Shown piece after piece: positions 9,708 to 20,278 of a DNA stretch of 64,000 bases. A model generated the notes under the pieces. That model was not told the DNA's origin. It saw only the letters and a list, made by a program, of their open reading frames with translations, and did not search any database. A program made the position numbers and the translations under genes. The stretch's first letter is position 1; each line of letters begins with the position of its first letter. This DNA is from Halarcobacter sp. (GTDB lineage Bacteria; Campylobacterota; Campylobacteria; Campylobacterales; Arcobacteraceae). The DNA lies in the NCBI GenBank assembly GCA_048571215.1, contig CP182352.1, positions 3,104,001 to 3,168,000 of the forward strand, written 5' to 3'.

Positions 9708-10556
9708 ATGGCTATTGGATTTATTGGATTAGGCAACTTAGGAAAAGCGATTGCTTCAAGACTAACAGATATGAATGAACAACTAATTGTTTATAATAGA
9801 ACCAAATCAAAAATTGAAGACCTAGGATATAAAATAGTAAACTCTCCAAAAGAGCTACTAGAAAAATGTGATATAGTTTTTTTATGTCTATTTGAATCTA
9901 GTGCCGTTGAAAATATTCTAAATATGGAAAATGGTATTTTAAGTGCTGATTTAGAAGGTAAAACAATCATTGATTTGACAACAAATCATTATGAGTCTGT
10001 ATTAACTTTTCATGAAAAAATATATGAAAAAGGTGGAGAATATTTAGAGTCTCCTATTTTTGGAAGTGTAGCACCAGCCTTACAAGGTCTTGTTACAATA
10101 GTAACTTCAGGAAAAAAAGAGACTTTTGACTCTTGTAAACCAATTTTGGAAAAAATAGGAAAAGAGATTTTTTATCTGAAAGAGCCAGGGAAAGCTTCTA
10201 AAATGAAACTAATCAACAATCTATGCTTAGGTTCATTTATGGCAACAATAGCAGAGTGTACAGCTTTAGGTGAAGCCTGTGATATAGAAAAAAGTAAGCT
10301 ACTTGAAATATTGGGTGTAGGTGGTGGACAATCACTTGTATTGAAAGCAAAAACTCAAAAGTTAATTGATGAGGATTTTTCAGCACATTTTTCAAATAAT
10401 GCTATTTATAAAGATCTTCATACCCTACAAGATTTAGCTTATAGTTTAAATCAACCACTATTTTCAGCAGCTGTACCAAAAGAGCTATTTGGACAAATGA
10501 AAAAAGATGGCAAAGGTGAAGAGGATTTTTGTTCTATTTACCAACTATTTAAATAA
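9708..10556 (+). CDS. NAD(P)-dependent beta-hydroxyacid dehydrogenase (3-hydroxyisobutyrate dehydrogenase family)
   Basis: IGFIGLGNLG, YNRT, ESPIFGS, KLINN catalytic Lys motif. Confidence 0.9.
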   Translation: MAIGFIGLGNLGKAIASRLTDMNEQLIVYNRTKSKIEDLGYKIVNSPKELLEKCDIVFLCLFESSAVENILNMENGILSADLEGKTIIDLTTNHYESVLTFHEKIYEKGGEYLESPIFGSVAPALQGLVTIVTSGKKETFDSCKPILEKIGKEIFYLKEPGKASKMKLINNLCLGSFMATIAECTALGEACDIEKSKLLEILGVGGGQSLVLKAKTQKLIDEDFSAHFSNNAIYKDLHTLQDLAYSLNQPLFSAAVPKELFGQMKKDGKGEEDFCSIYQLFK

Positions 10557-10583
10557 AAATCGATTTAAAATCGATTTTTATTT
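10551..10583. terminator. Perfect 15-bp inverted repeat, probable terminator
   Basis: AAATAAAAATCGATT-TAA-AATCGATTTTTATTT at the stop codon of the dehydrogenase. Confidence 0.55.
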
Positions 10584-10600
10584 TCTATAAATTTACTACC

Positions 10601-11419
10601 ATGAAAACATCCAATAAAACACGTATTTTTGCAGATTCTAAAATGCCTTATGTGGAACTTAGATATTCCAAAACAAATTTAGATTATAAAGAACATATTC
10701 ATGATACTCTCTCAATAGGTGCAATTAGTAAAGGTTCTAGAATTTATCGTAATCAAAATAAAGATTATAATATTTCAAAAAATGATTTGGCCATTATTAA
10801 CCCAAATACCCCTCACAGTTGCAATAGCATAGATAAAAATCAAACAGATTATTATATGCTTTATATCAATAAAGAGTGGCTTTTTAAAATTCAAAAAGAG
10901 ATTAATCCTTCACAAACTCAATTTTGGAATTTTCAAGAAACATTGATTCACAATAAAAAAGATTACGAAACTTTTATTCACTTATGTGAAATACTCTTAT
11001 CAAAAACATTTTATTTAGAAAAAGAAGCTATATTAACTGAGTTTATTACCAATTTATATTTACAATATTTACACCTAGAAGAGAAAACTTATATAAATCA
11101 AAATAGTAAAATCAATAGTATCATTGAGTTTTTAAAAGATAATATACAAGAAAATATTTCATTAGATGAATTATCACAACAATTTAACCTTTCAACATTT
11201 TACATTATCAAATTATTTAAAAAAGAGTTAGGCATAGCTGTTTATACCTATTTTATTAACTTAAAAGTTGAGTATGCTAAAACCCTCCTAAAAAAAGGTT
11301 ATTCTATTGTAAACACAGCCTTGGAGTGTGGATTTTACGATCAAAGTCATTTTCATAGAAACTTTCTTAAGATATCAGCTTTAACACCCAAAGAGTACCA
11401 GGACAATTTCGTACAATAA
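10601..11419 (+). CDS. AraC family transcriptional regulator
   Basis: Cupin HIHD...PHSC N-terminal domain; C-terminal ALECGFYDQSHFHRNF...TPKEY. Confidence 0.93.
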   Translation: MKTSNKTRIFADSKMPYVELRYSKTNLDYKEHIHDTLSIGAISKGSRIYRNQNKDYNISKNDLAIINPNTPHSCNSIDKNQTDYYMLYINKEWLFKIQKEINPSQTQFWNFQETLIHNKKDYETFIHLCEILLSKTFYLEKEAILTEFITNLYLQYLHLEEKTYINQNSKINSIIEFLKDNIQENISLDELSQQFNLSTFYIIKLFKKELGIAVYTYFINLKVEYAKTLLKKGYSIVNTALECGFYDQSHFHRNFLKISALTPKEYQDNFVQ

Positions 11420-11459
11420 TTTATTTTTGTTTTTATATAAACTTCAAAAAAGGAGTTTT

Positions 11460-12098
11460 ATGAATACAGAAATTTTTCTACAAGGATTTATACCCCTAGC
11501 ATTGGCACATTTTTTAGCCCTATTAAGTCCTGGTGCTGACTTTTTTATTTTAATATCTACTTCTATAAAGCAGGGGAAATTATCAGGTTTATTAACAGCA
11601 TTTGGTATTGCTTTAGGAAATGCAATATATATTTCTTTTGCACTTTTTGGAATGATTTTGATTCAAAATAACTCCATATTATTTTTTTCTATCAAAATAA
11701 TAGGAGTCTTATATTTACTCTATTTATCTTATGGGTTAATAGCTTCAAAAAAAAGAGATTTATTTTCAAATATATCCTCAGATCTTCACAAGAAAGATAT
11801 TATAAAATCTGTCTTAAAAGGCTTATTTAGCGCCCTATTAAATCCAAAAAATTCTCTTTTTTATTTTACTATGTTTTCTATTTCTAGTAGTGAGCATATC
11901 CCTTTTAATTATCAGTTATACTATGCTATTTGGATGTTTTCTGCTGTTTTAATATGGGATTGTTTTATTGTTTATCTTATCCATTCGAAACAAAATAGAA
12001 TTCTTATTCAAACATATTCAAATAAAATTGAGAAATATTCAGGTTATATTCTTTTAATTCTAGCTTGTATTATCTTATTTGAAAGTATTAAATTCTAA
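11460..12098 (+). CDS. LysE/RhtB family amino-acid exporter
   Basis: LSPGADF, LLNPK motifs; AGGAG before the ATG at 11460. Confidence 0.9.
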   Translation: MNTEIFLQGFIPLALAHFLALLSPGADFFILISTSIKQGKLSGLLTAFGIALGNAIYISFALFGMILIQNNSILFFSIKIIGVLYLLYLSYGLIASKKRDLFSNISSDLHKKDIIKSVLKGLFSALLNPKNSLFYFTMFSISSSEHIPFNYQLYYAIWMFSAVLIWDCFIVYLIHSKQNRILIQTYSNKIEKYSGYILLILACIILFESIKF

Positions 12099-12117
12099 CA
12101 GACTAAATAGTCTGTTA
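12096..12117. terminator. Hairpin between convergent genes
   Basis: TAACAGACTA-AA-TAGTCTGTTA. Confidence 0.45.
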
Positions 12118-12507
12118 TATATCATAAATATAATTTGAGATCTCTATTAGATTTCCATCGGGATCTCTTAAATAAATAGAGTTTATCTGTCCTAAAGCAC
12201 CTGTTCTTTTTACAGGACCTTCTATAACCTCAATAGAAAAACTCTCAATATGTTTTTTAAACTCTACAACACTTACATCACTAATAAAACACAAATCTGC
12301 TGAGCCCTCTTTCACATTTGTAGCTTTAGGCTCAAATTCACTGCCTAATTTATGCAAATTAATCTTTTGATGACCAAACTTCAAAGCAACTCTATTTTCT
12401 TTAAAAACCTCTTTTTTCATACCTAGAACAGCTGTATAAAATGCTACTGTTTCATCTATATCTTTAACTGTCAAAACAAGGTGATCTATAGTTTTTACTT
12501 TAAACAT
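12115..12507 (-). CDS. VOC/glyoxalase family protein (GLOD5-like)
   Basis: IDHLVLTV, GSADLCF, SIYLRDPDGNLIEISNY. Confidence 0.92.
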   Translation of the reverse strand: MFKVKTIDHLVLTVKDIDETVAFYTAVLGMKKEVFKENRVALKFGHQKINLHKLGSEFEPKATNVKEGSADLCFISDVSVVEFKKHIESFSIEVIEGPVKRTGALGQINSIYLRDPDGNLIEISNYIYDI

Positions 12508-12547
12508 TTTTAGTTCCTCCTTTGCATTTTTTATATTATACTACAAA

Positions 12548-12943
12548 TTATAAAGAACTTAAAAGGGTCAAAAAAGCTTGCTCTTGATATTTTTTTAAAT
12601 CATTTGGGTATTGGATATCGTTTTTCTTTTCAAAGGCACTTATTGTTTGAGCAGATACCAATTCAACGCTACATAATGGGTTTAGTTGTATCAGTCCTTC
12701 CATTTTAAAAGTAACTGCTCCCCCTGAGAAATTACCCTTTTTTGCTCTTTTTTTTATATAAATCTTTTCTATTTGATTTTGTTCTAAAAACAGAAGAAAC
12801 TCATTGCAAAAACCTCTAATACTCTCTTGGTTTTCATCATCTTCTATTGTTAGCTTTTTTATTTTTAAATCTATATATTCATTGTTTTTAAAAACAACTA
12901 AAACTGCATAATTACTTTTTAGTTCCATTGCACAAATATTCAT
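12548..12943 (-). CDS. DUF3010 family protein
   Basis: IKKRAKKGNFSGGAVTFKMEGLIQL and LKKYQEQAF pattern. Confidence 0.75.
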   Translation of the reverse strand: MNICAMELKSNYAVLVVFKNNEYIDLKIKKLTIEDDENQESIRGFCNEFLLFLEQNQIEKIYIKKRAKKGNFSGGAVTFKMEGLIQLNPLCSVELVSAQTISAFEKKNDIQYPNDLKKYQEQAFLTLLSSL

Positions 12944-13020
12944 GTTTTGCCTTTTTTAATATTTGTGATAGTATAGACAAATTTAAGAAGTGGTTTTAAT
13001 TTTATTGCAAAATGTAAGAC

Positions 13021-14826
13021 TTATTTATTTATTGGAATTCTTATCGTAAATTCTGCACCCCTATAGTAGGTATCTTCATAAGCAAAGTGATCATTTTTTA
13101 CACTTATTTCACCATTCATATGTTTTTCAATCATCTCTTTAGACATATGAAGACCGATTCCAGTGCCATCTTCATCACCTTTTGTTGTAAAGTATGCATC
13201 AAATACTCTATTTAATATAGATTTAGGAATTCCTCCACCATTATCTTTTATAATTAAGTATGCTGCGTTGTCTTTTCTATAAATATTTATAAAAATAATT
13301 CTTTTTCCCTCTTGTTTTACTAAAACATCTTTTGCGTTATTAAGTATATTTATAATTACTTGTTTAAGTTCATTTTCCAGTGCCACAATATTTACATCGT
13401 CTATATTTTCAATAATCTCTATACCTAAAGATATAAATTTTGTTTTAATTAAATTTGCTACTTTTTGATAACAACATTTTAAATTAAACTTTTCTATTTT
13501 TTTATTTGATTTAAAAAATTCTCTAAAATCATCTATTGTATGAGCTAGATATTGAACAGTATCAGTGATGGTTGATAACTGTTTCATCTCTTCATCTTTA
13601 TCAAAAGGTAAGCCCAAATCTTTTTTTAATACCATACCTGAAGTGGTAGTTGAGATAATAGATAAGGGTTGTTTCCATTGGTGGGCTATATTTTCAAGCA
13701 TCTCACCCATGGCTGCCATTTTTGATTGTTGGATTAATTGATGCTCTTTTTCTCTTAACTCAGATTCCATATCTTTTTGTGTAGTAATATCTAAAAACGA
13801 TCCCACATAATATAAAACCTCACCATCATCATCTAATACAACTTGAATAGTTAAATGCTCATTAACAATACTTCCATCTTTATGCTTATTATTTATCTCA
13901 CCCATCCAAAATTGGTTCTCTCTTAGATATCTATTCATATCATCATAAAACTCTCTTGTATGAACTCCTGATTGTAAGATTCTTGGTGTTTGCCCTAATG
14001 CCTCTTCAGCTGAATAACCAGTGATAGTTGTAAAGGCTTTATTAACATGTAATATTTTTTGGTCTTTATCTGTAATTGTGATTCCATTTTGAGTATCAAA
14101 AGTTACAGCTGCTAGTTTAAGCATTTTATGAGAAGATTCCAATCTTTCAAGCATAGTATTTACGCCCTCATATAGTTTCCCATACTCATTTTGCTCATCT
14201 GTATGAATTCTACTTTTTAAGGAATCAGCTAATTCAATTTTATTTAAAAATGCTACCAAATCTAAAATAGGTAAGGTAAATTTTCTTGCAGAATAATTTG
14301 CTAAAACATAAGATATTATAAACATAAATCCCAATATAAAAAGTAGCATATTAATATTTTTTTCTATAACATCATAGATAGTATGTACATGTAGTTTTAA
14401 TTGAACATAACCTAAATGTGTATCTTTATATTTAGCATCTACATATAGTTTTAAAATATTCCCCTCAACAACTAATTTTCGCAGTTCTTTAGGAGGTAAA
14501 GGATTAACCTTAAAACTAATATTATCTTTGCTATATTGTAAAATTGGTTTCCCATTTAGCATATATAAAACCATAGTATCTAAATCTGAAAATGATTTCA
14601 AAGAAGATGAGATATCAGCTGCTGCTGATACATCATTTAAAAGTATTAGTTTTGCAAAATCTTGTCCCAAAACTAAACTTACAGTTTTTGACAAATCTAT
14701 AGCTCTTTTATATTGATTACCCATATACCAATATACAAATGTACTATAACCTATAAGTGCAGTTAATAAAGTAACTGACATGATTATTAATATAAGTTTT
14801 CTTTTTATTGAGTATTTACACAGCAA
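13021..14826 (-). CDS. Sensor histidine kinase (CHASE8-like periplasmic domain, HAMP, PAS, HisKA, HATPase)
   Basis: 2 TM; NDVSAAADISSSL...VLYMLNG resembles the YfiN periplasmic domain; PAS VNKAFTTITGY; IAHQWKQPL H-box; DNGGGI, GTGIGL. Confidence 0.9.
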   Translation of the reverse strand: MLCKYSIKRKLILIIMSVTLLTALIGYSTFVYWYMGNQYKRAIDLSKTVSLVLGQDFAKLILLNDVSAAADISSSLKSFSDLDTMVLYMLNGKPILQYSKDNISFKVNPLPPKELRKLVVEGNILKLYVDAKYKDTHLGYVQLKLHVHTIYDVIEKNINMLLFILGFMFIISYVLANYSARKFTLPILDLVAFLNKIELADSLKSRIHTDEQNEYGKLYEGVNTMLERLESSHKMLKLAAVTFDTQNGITITDKDQKILHVNKAFTTITGYSAEEALGQTPRILQSGVHTREFYDDMNRYLRENQFWMGEINNKHKDGSIVNEHLTIQVVLDDDGEVLYYVGSFLDITTQKDMESELREKEHQLIQQSKMAAMGEMLENIAHQWKQPLSIISTTTSGMVLKKDLGLPFDKDEEMKQLSTITDTVQYLAHTIDDFREFFKSNKKIEKFNLKCCYQKVANLIKTKFISLGIEIIENIDDVNIVALENELKQVIINILNNAKDVLVKQEGKRIIFINIYRKDNAAYLIIKDNGGGIPKSILNRVFDAYFTTKGDEDGTGIGLHMSKEMIEKHMNGEISVKNDHFAYEDTYYRGAEFTIRIPINK

Positions 14827-14838
14827 AATATTTATCCA

Positions 14839-15726
14839 CTACTTTTCTATAATTTTTGAAGGATTATCAATGGGTACCTCGTTGTCATTTCCCCACTCTA
14901 TCCAAGAGCCGTCATATACAGCTGCTTTATACCCAAGCTCTTTTAAAACTATATAGTTTAATGCAGCATCTGCTCCACCATCACAATATAGAATTATCTC
15001 TTTATTTTTTGGGATATTTTTATAAATCTTTTTTAATTCACTAAACTCTTTCATCACACTACCATCACTTGTAACTTGAAAGTTTTGTGTGCATGCATAG
15101 TTTTGAGCTGTTGGAATATGTCCATATCTTTTTGCTATTGATTCTTGCCCTTCATAATGTGACTCTTTTCTTCCATCAATTATGGTTTTTTTACCAATAG
15201 AAAGTAGGGTACTAAGTTTTGTTTCAATCTTTTCATTATCTATTCTTGGGACAAACTCTTTTCTAGTAACTTTTGGAATATAAGATGAAGTTGGCAACTG
15301 CTGTTTTAATAGATTTCCATAACTTACTTTTAAAATACCTACATTTTTATGTCCTAAAATATCAAGTATCCAAAAAAATCTTGCTGCCCAAGTAAAATCT
15401 CCATTGTCATAAGCTACAACAATACTATCACTATCTATACCTGCATTACTAAATAACTCTTTCAAAAAATCTAGCTTAGGCATTAAATATCTTTCATCAA
15501 ATAAAGATTCCAATCCTGGAATATTAACAGCATTTTTTATATGCTCTTTTTTATATTCAGCTTTTTGTCTTAAATCCACAATTACTAACCTTGGATTGCT
15601 AAGATTACGTTTTAACCAAGATACAGGAACAATTGAAGGAACTATCTTTTTATTATCTACAGAAGGCTCACTAAAAAGGAATGTTGATGTTAATAATAAA
15701 ATAAAAACTACTTTTAAAAATCTCAT
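14839..15726 (-). CDS. Exported tandem-domain rhodanese/sulfurtransferase
   Basis: Signal peptide MRFLKVVFILLLTSTFLFS; HIKNA, GHIPTA, active-site YCDGGAD, YDGSWIEW. Confidence 0.9.
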   Translation of the reverse strand: MRFLKVVFILLLTSTFLFSEPSVDNKKIVPSIVPVSWLKRNLSNPRLVIVDLRQKAEYKKEHIKNAVNIPGLESLFDERYLMPKLDFLKELFSNAGIDSDSIVVAYDNGDFTWAARFFWILDILGHKNVGILKVSYGNLLKQQLPTSSYIPKVTRKEFVPRIDNEKIETKLSTLLSIGKKTIIDGRKESHYEGQESIAKRYGHIPTAQNYACTQNFQVTSDGSVMKEFSELKKIYKNIPKNKEIILYCDGGADAALNYIVLKELGYKAAVYDGSWIEWGNDNEVPIDNPSKIIEK

Positions 15727-15835
15727 ATAAAACTCTCTACTTATAAATAAATAAATATTATACTCAAAGCAGTGTTATATATTAATTAAAGTTTAATAAT
15801 ATATACTTATATATCATTTAATATTTTTTTAAGTA

Positions 15836-16711
15836 TTACACTTTTTGCTTTGTTCTATAAACAATTCTATTTCGACCTAGCTCTTTTGCTTCATATAAAT
15901 TATCATCAGCAAGTTTTAATAATAAGTCCAAATTTTTTGTTGTTATATCTTTTTTTGCTATCCCTGAACTAATAGTAAATTTTACTTCCTTGTTTTCATT
16001 TGTTAAAACTACATCTTCTTGTATTTCTTTCAATATTTTCTTTATTTTTTCTTCCATAGGTTTTATCGATATAATTGCAAACTCTTCCCCACCTAATCTT
16101 CCAAATATCTCATCCTCTTCTAAATAGCTATTTATTATATTTGTAACTTTAATAATAACCTTGTCACCAATATCATGACCATAAATATCGTTTATTTTTT
16201 TAAATCTATCAATATCTATCATAACAGCAAATAGTTCATCATTTTCAAAAAGTTTTTGTGATAATTCAAAAAATTTTCTTCTATTAAGAATACCTGTCAT
16301 AGGATCTCTTGAAGCTAAAAATTCTAAATTCTCTATTAAAGATCGTATCTCAAGTTGCTGCTTAACCCTAGCTAATAACTCTTTTGGTTTAAAAGGTTTT
16401 GTAACATAATCTACCCCACCTATATCATAGGCTATCTCGATACTATTTTCATCTGTTTTTGCTGTTATAAAAATAATTGGAATATCTTTTGTATCCTCTT
16501 TTTGTTTCAATTGCTTACACACTTCATAACCATCAATACCTGGCATCATAATATCAAGGAGTATTAAATCTATTTTTTCCTCTTGTGCTATTTTAATAGC
16601 TGATATTCCATCAATTGCAACTACTAAATCATACCCTTCTAACAAACCCAATAAGATATCAATATTAGTTTCTGTATCATCAACTACAAGAATTGTTTTA
16701 TTTTTATTCAT
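15836..16711 (-). CDS. Response regulator-diguanylate cyclase (REC-GGDEF)
   Basis: [42 protein letters not shown]. Confidence 0.93.
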   Translation of the reverse strand: MNKNKTILVVDDTETNIDILLGLLEGYDLVVAIDGISAIKIAQEEKIDLILLDIMMPGIDGYEVCKQLKQKEDTKDIPIIFITAKTDENSIEIAYDIGGVDYVTKPFKPKELLARVKQQLEIRSLIENLEFLASRDPMTGILNRRKFFELSQKLFENDELFAVMIDIDRFKKINDIYGHDIGDKVIIKVTNIINSYLEEDEIFGRLGGEEFAIISIKPMEEKIKKILKEIQEDVVLTNENKEVKFTISSGIAKKDITTKNLDLLLKLADDNLYEAKELGRNRIVYRTKQKV

Positions 16712-19700
16712 GAAACATCCTTTAGAAGATCTAAGGCTTCTTTGAATTTATATTTATTTAAAAGTGCTTTTAGTTTATTTAAAAACTTTCTATTTTTACT
16801 ACTTAAGTTTTCTAAATCTATATTATCCAAAGCCTCTTGAATATGTTTTGGTCTATTTGTTTTTAAAGCTTCCTTTAATTTGGAAAAAATTTGATTTGAA
16901 TCATTATCTAAATCTATAAACTGGTAAGTTTCTACCTTCTCTTCATTAAGCCAAGGTTTTAATTCATCAATTATTTTATGTAACTCTTTTACAAATTGAT
17001 TAATCATACTTATATCACTTTTTTCATCAATTGTTTTTATATACTTATGTAGATTTAAGGCCCCAATATTTTTTGATAAACCTTTTAAAGTATGAGTATA
17101 TCTTTTAAAATCCTCTATATTATCCCTATGCATTTTCAATAATTTTTCTTCATCTATATCTAAATTAGCTTTACAAAAGTCATTTAATATTTTCTTATAA
17201 AGTTTACTGTTATCTGCCATATACTCTAAACCGAGTTTTGTATCTATATTTTTAAACTTAGGAATATCTATCTTATTTTCTAATGTAATTTCAGATATTT
17301 TATCTGTTTTCTTAGTTATATATTTTAAAAGTATTGCATAAAATTTTTCAACATCAATAGGTTTATTTAAATGGGAGTTCATACCTAACTCTTCTGTTTT
17401 TAAAACATCCTCTTTCATTACATTTGCAGTTAAAGCAACTATAGGTATTTGTTTATTTATATCTCTAATTATTTTAGTTGCTTCATAACCATCCATTATA
17501 GGCATTTGAATATCCATTAAGATGAGTTCATACTGGTTTTTATCAAATAACTCTATAGCTTCTTTACCATTAGTAGCTATATCTAATATTATTCCACTAT
17601 CCTCTAATAAGCCAAAAATTATATCTTGATTTACAACACAATCTTCAACTAAAAGAATTCTACTACCTTTTAAAGTTGTAATAGTGTTTTTTAAACTTTT
17701 TATTTGTGTATGATGGTTTATTTTTGAATAGAGTTCATCTGTAAATAACTCTGTTAAAAGATCATTTAAAACAGATGGATTTATAGGCTTTTGTAAAAAA
17801 ATATCTATACCAACCTCTTTTGCTGCATATACAATTGATTCTTGCCTAAAACTAGTAACCATAATAACTGTTGGTGGTATATCTGATTTTGATTGCTCTT
17901 TTATTATCCTTGTAGTCTCAATACCATCAATATATGGCATATTCCAATCCATCAAAATCAAATCGAAACTACTGTTTTCTTTCACTTTTTTTATCGCTTC
18001 TTCACCACTTGAGGCCAAATCTATTTTTATTTTAAAACTTTTTAATATATTTTCTAATATCTCTAACCATAATTTATTATCATCTACTATTAAAACTTTT
18101 TTATTTGAAAAATAGTTATATGTTTTTGGATTTTCGTCCAAAGCTTCAAGCTCCACTTCAAAAGTAAAACTACTTCCAATACCTTTTTCACTTTGCACAT
18201 AAATAGAACCATTCATTAACTCAACAAGTTGTTTAGAGATGATTAAACCAAGTCCTGTACCACCATATCTTCTTGTAGTACTACCATCTGCTTGTGAAAA
18301 AGACTTAAAGAGTTTATTTTGCTCCTCTAAAGTTAAACCTATTCCCGTATCAGTAACTTCAAAAAGATATCTATCATCATTAATTCTTTTGATTATAAGT
18401 TGTATAGAACCTTCATTTGTAAATTTTACAGCATTACTAAGTAGGTTAATTAATACTTGAGAAATTCTTAAAGAATCTCCATAAAAATTCTTGCTCATTC
18501 CAATATCATAGTTAACAATAAGCTCAATATCTTTTTCATTTGCTTTTAACTCAATAAGATTTATAACTGAGTCTATCAAATCAAACATATTAAATTTTGT
18601 TTTTTCTATGGTTAATTTTCCAGCTTCAATTTTTGAAAAATCAAGAATATCATTGATAATATTTAAAAGAGTTTTTGCACTATTATCAATCTTTTGAATA
18701 TATTTTTTTTGTTTCTCATTTAAATTACTTTGTAAGGCTAAATAAGCCATACCTATTATCCCATTCATAGGAGTTCTTATCTCATGGGACATATTTGCCA
18801 AAAACTCTGATTTTGCTTTTGTTGCTGATTCTGCTTTTATTTTTGCTACTTCTAACTCTTTCGTTCTCTCTTCAACTTTTTCTTCAAGATTTTTTCTATT
18901 GTTTTTAACTTCGTTTACCATTGAATCAAAATTGTTTAATAATTTATCAATTTCAGTGATATTAACTCGATTTTGTTTCTTATAGCTATCTAGTTGTTCT
19001 GTATTATTAGAAAGTCTCACAATTGGTTGTGATAACTTTCTTGATAGATATTTTGCTCTTTTATATAAGGCTAATAAAACCAATATTAAAATTGGAATTA
19101 ATATCACTAAAACAAACATAGCAACTTTTGTTGCAAATTGATGAACAACCAAACTCTCTTCTATAACTTTATTTTTATCTATAAGAAAAAATACCTTCCA
19201 ATTTGTTCCTTCTATATTACGATTTTCAACTAAAAAATTTCTATTTTTAAAATTAAACTCTCCTGTTTGAACACCTTTATTAAAATAATCACTAAACTGT
19301 TTTGAGACATTTTTATTTTGATGTTTTAGCAAATTATGTTCAATAGGTTTTAGTATTTCATGAATAACCAATTCATTTTTATCATTTTTTTTAAGTTTTA
19401 CCAAATCTAAAAAAAGATTTAATTTATCTGAAATAGCGATTATCATCCCCTTATCATCTGTTAGAAAGACCTCTCCATTAAAAGGAATGTCACTAGCTAA
19501 AAGCTCTTTTGCTAGGGATTTTATAGGAACATCTACTCCAACAACTCCTCTAAAATTATCTTTTTTATCATAAATAGGCTGTATGTATGAAGTCATCCAG
19601 CCTTGCATTGCTGGGTCTAAATAAATAGAGCTCCATAAAGCTTTTTTTGAAGGGTTGTGGGTTAAGTCTGCTTCATAATAGAAACTCCAATCAAAAAAAT

Positions 19701-20271
19701 TAGTTACATCTGACATATAATTATGTATCTGAATAAAAGGATAATATCGTATCATTGCATTACTATCAATAATCCATGAGGCAACTACAGCTTCATTGGC
19801 TTCAACTGCATTTTTTAAAGGTATATCTAGCCATTGAGTTTTTATTAGGTAATGTTCAATATCTTTTCTTGATAATTTTGTAAATAAAAAAGAGGTGGCA
19901 TTTGCCCCACCAATATCATTTTTTTGGAAAACTAAACCATATTTATCTTTTTCAAATATCACATTTTTATTAAGTATTGTATATTTTTCACTATTTTTAT
20001 AATAGTGTTCTGCCCTTGCAAAAATATTTTTATGGCTATCTGATATACTTTTCATTTTATTTTTTATGATATTAGATTCTCTGTTAACAGAATACTCTAA
20101 AGAGTCCCTTGCATTATTTATAATATTTTTCTCATTCTCTTTTGAGATATAATTTATCATAAAATAGTATGTCCCCAATAAAAATATGGAGATTACTAAA
20201 ATAGGTATCCATGTGGCATATGATATATTTTCAACTAATAACTGGGATAGAGTTTTCTCTTTTTTTTCCAT
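16708..20271 (-). CDS. Hybrid sensor histidine kinase (dCache, HisKA, HATPase, 2x REC, HPt)
   Basis: Cache motifs WSSIYLDP...[27 protein letters not shown]; two REC domains (LMDWNMP, LMDIQMP); HPt HTLKGLS. Confidence 0.93.
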   Translation of the reverse strand: MEKKEKTLSQLLVENISYATWIPILVISIFLLGTYYFMINYISKENEKNIINNARDSLEYSVNRESNIIKNKMKSISDSHKNIFARAEHYYKNSEKYTILNKNVIFEKDKYGLVFQKNDIGGANATSFLFTKLSRKDIEHYLIKTQWLDIPLKNAVEANEAVVASWIIDSNAMIRYYPFIQIHNYMSDVTNFFDWSFYYEADLTHNPSKKALWSSIYLDPAMQGWMTSYIQPIYDKKDNFRGVVGVDVPIKSLAKELLASDIPFNGEVFLTDDKGMIIAISDKLNLFLDLVKLKKNDKNELVIHEILKPIEHNLLKHQNKNVSKQFSDYFNKGVQTGEFNFKNRNFLVENRNIEGTNWKVFFLIDKNKVIEESLVVHQFATKVAMFVLVILIPILILVLLALYKRAKYLSRKLSQPIVRLSNNTEQLDSYKKQNRVNITEIDKLLNNFDSMVNEVKNNRKNLEEKVEERTKELEVAKIKAESATKAKSEFLANMSHEIRTPMNGIIGMAYLALQSNLNEKQKKYIQKIDNSAKTLLNIINDILDFSKIEAGKLTIEKTKFNMFDLIDSVINLIELKANEKDIELIVNYDIGMSKNFYGDSLRISQVLINLLSNAVKFTNEGSIQLIIKRINDDRYLFEVTDTGIGLTLEEQNKLFKSFSQADGSTTRRYGGTGLGLIISKQLVELMNGSIYVQSEKGIGSSFTFEVELEALDENPKTYNYFSNKKVLIVDDNKLWLEILENILKSFKIKIDLASSGEEAIKKVKENSSFDLILMDWNMPYIDGIETTRIIKEQSKSDIPPTVIMVTSFRQESIVYAAKEVGIDIFLQKPINPSVLNDLLTELFTDELYSKINHHTQIKSLKNTITTLKGSRILLVEDCVVNQDIIFGLLEDSGIILDIATNGKEAIELFDKNQYELILMDIQMPIMDGYEATKIIRDINKQIPIVALTANVMKEDVLKTEELGMNSHLNKPIDVEKFYAILLKYITKKTDKISEITLENKIDIPKFKNIDTKLGLEYMADNSKLYKKILNDFCKANLDIDEEKLLKMHRDNIEDFKRYTHTLKGLSKNIGALNLHKYIKTIDEKSDISMINQFVKELHKIIDELKPWLNEEKVETYQFIDLDNDSNQIFSKLKEALKTNRPKHIQEALDNIDLENLSSKNRKFLNKLKALLNKYKFKEALDLLKDVS

Positions 20272-20278
20272 TCACATC

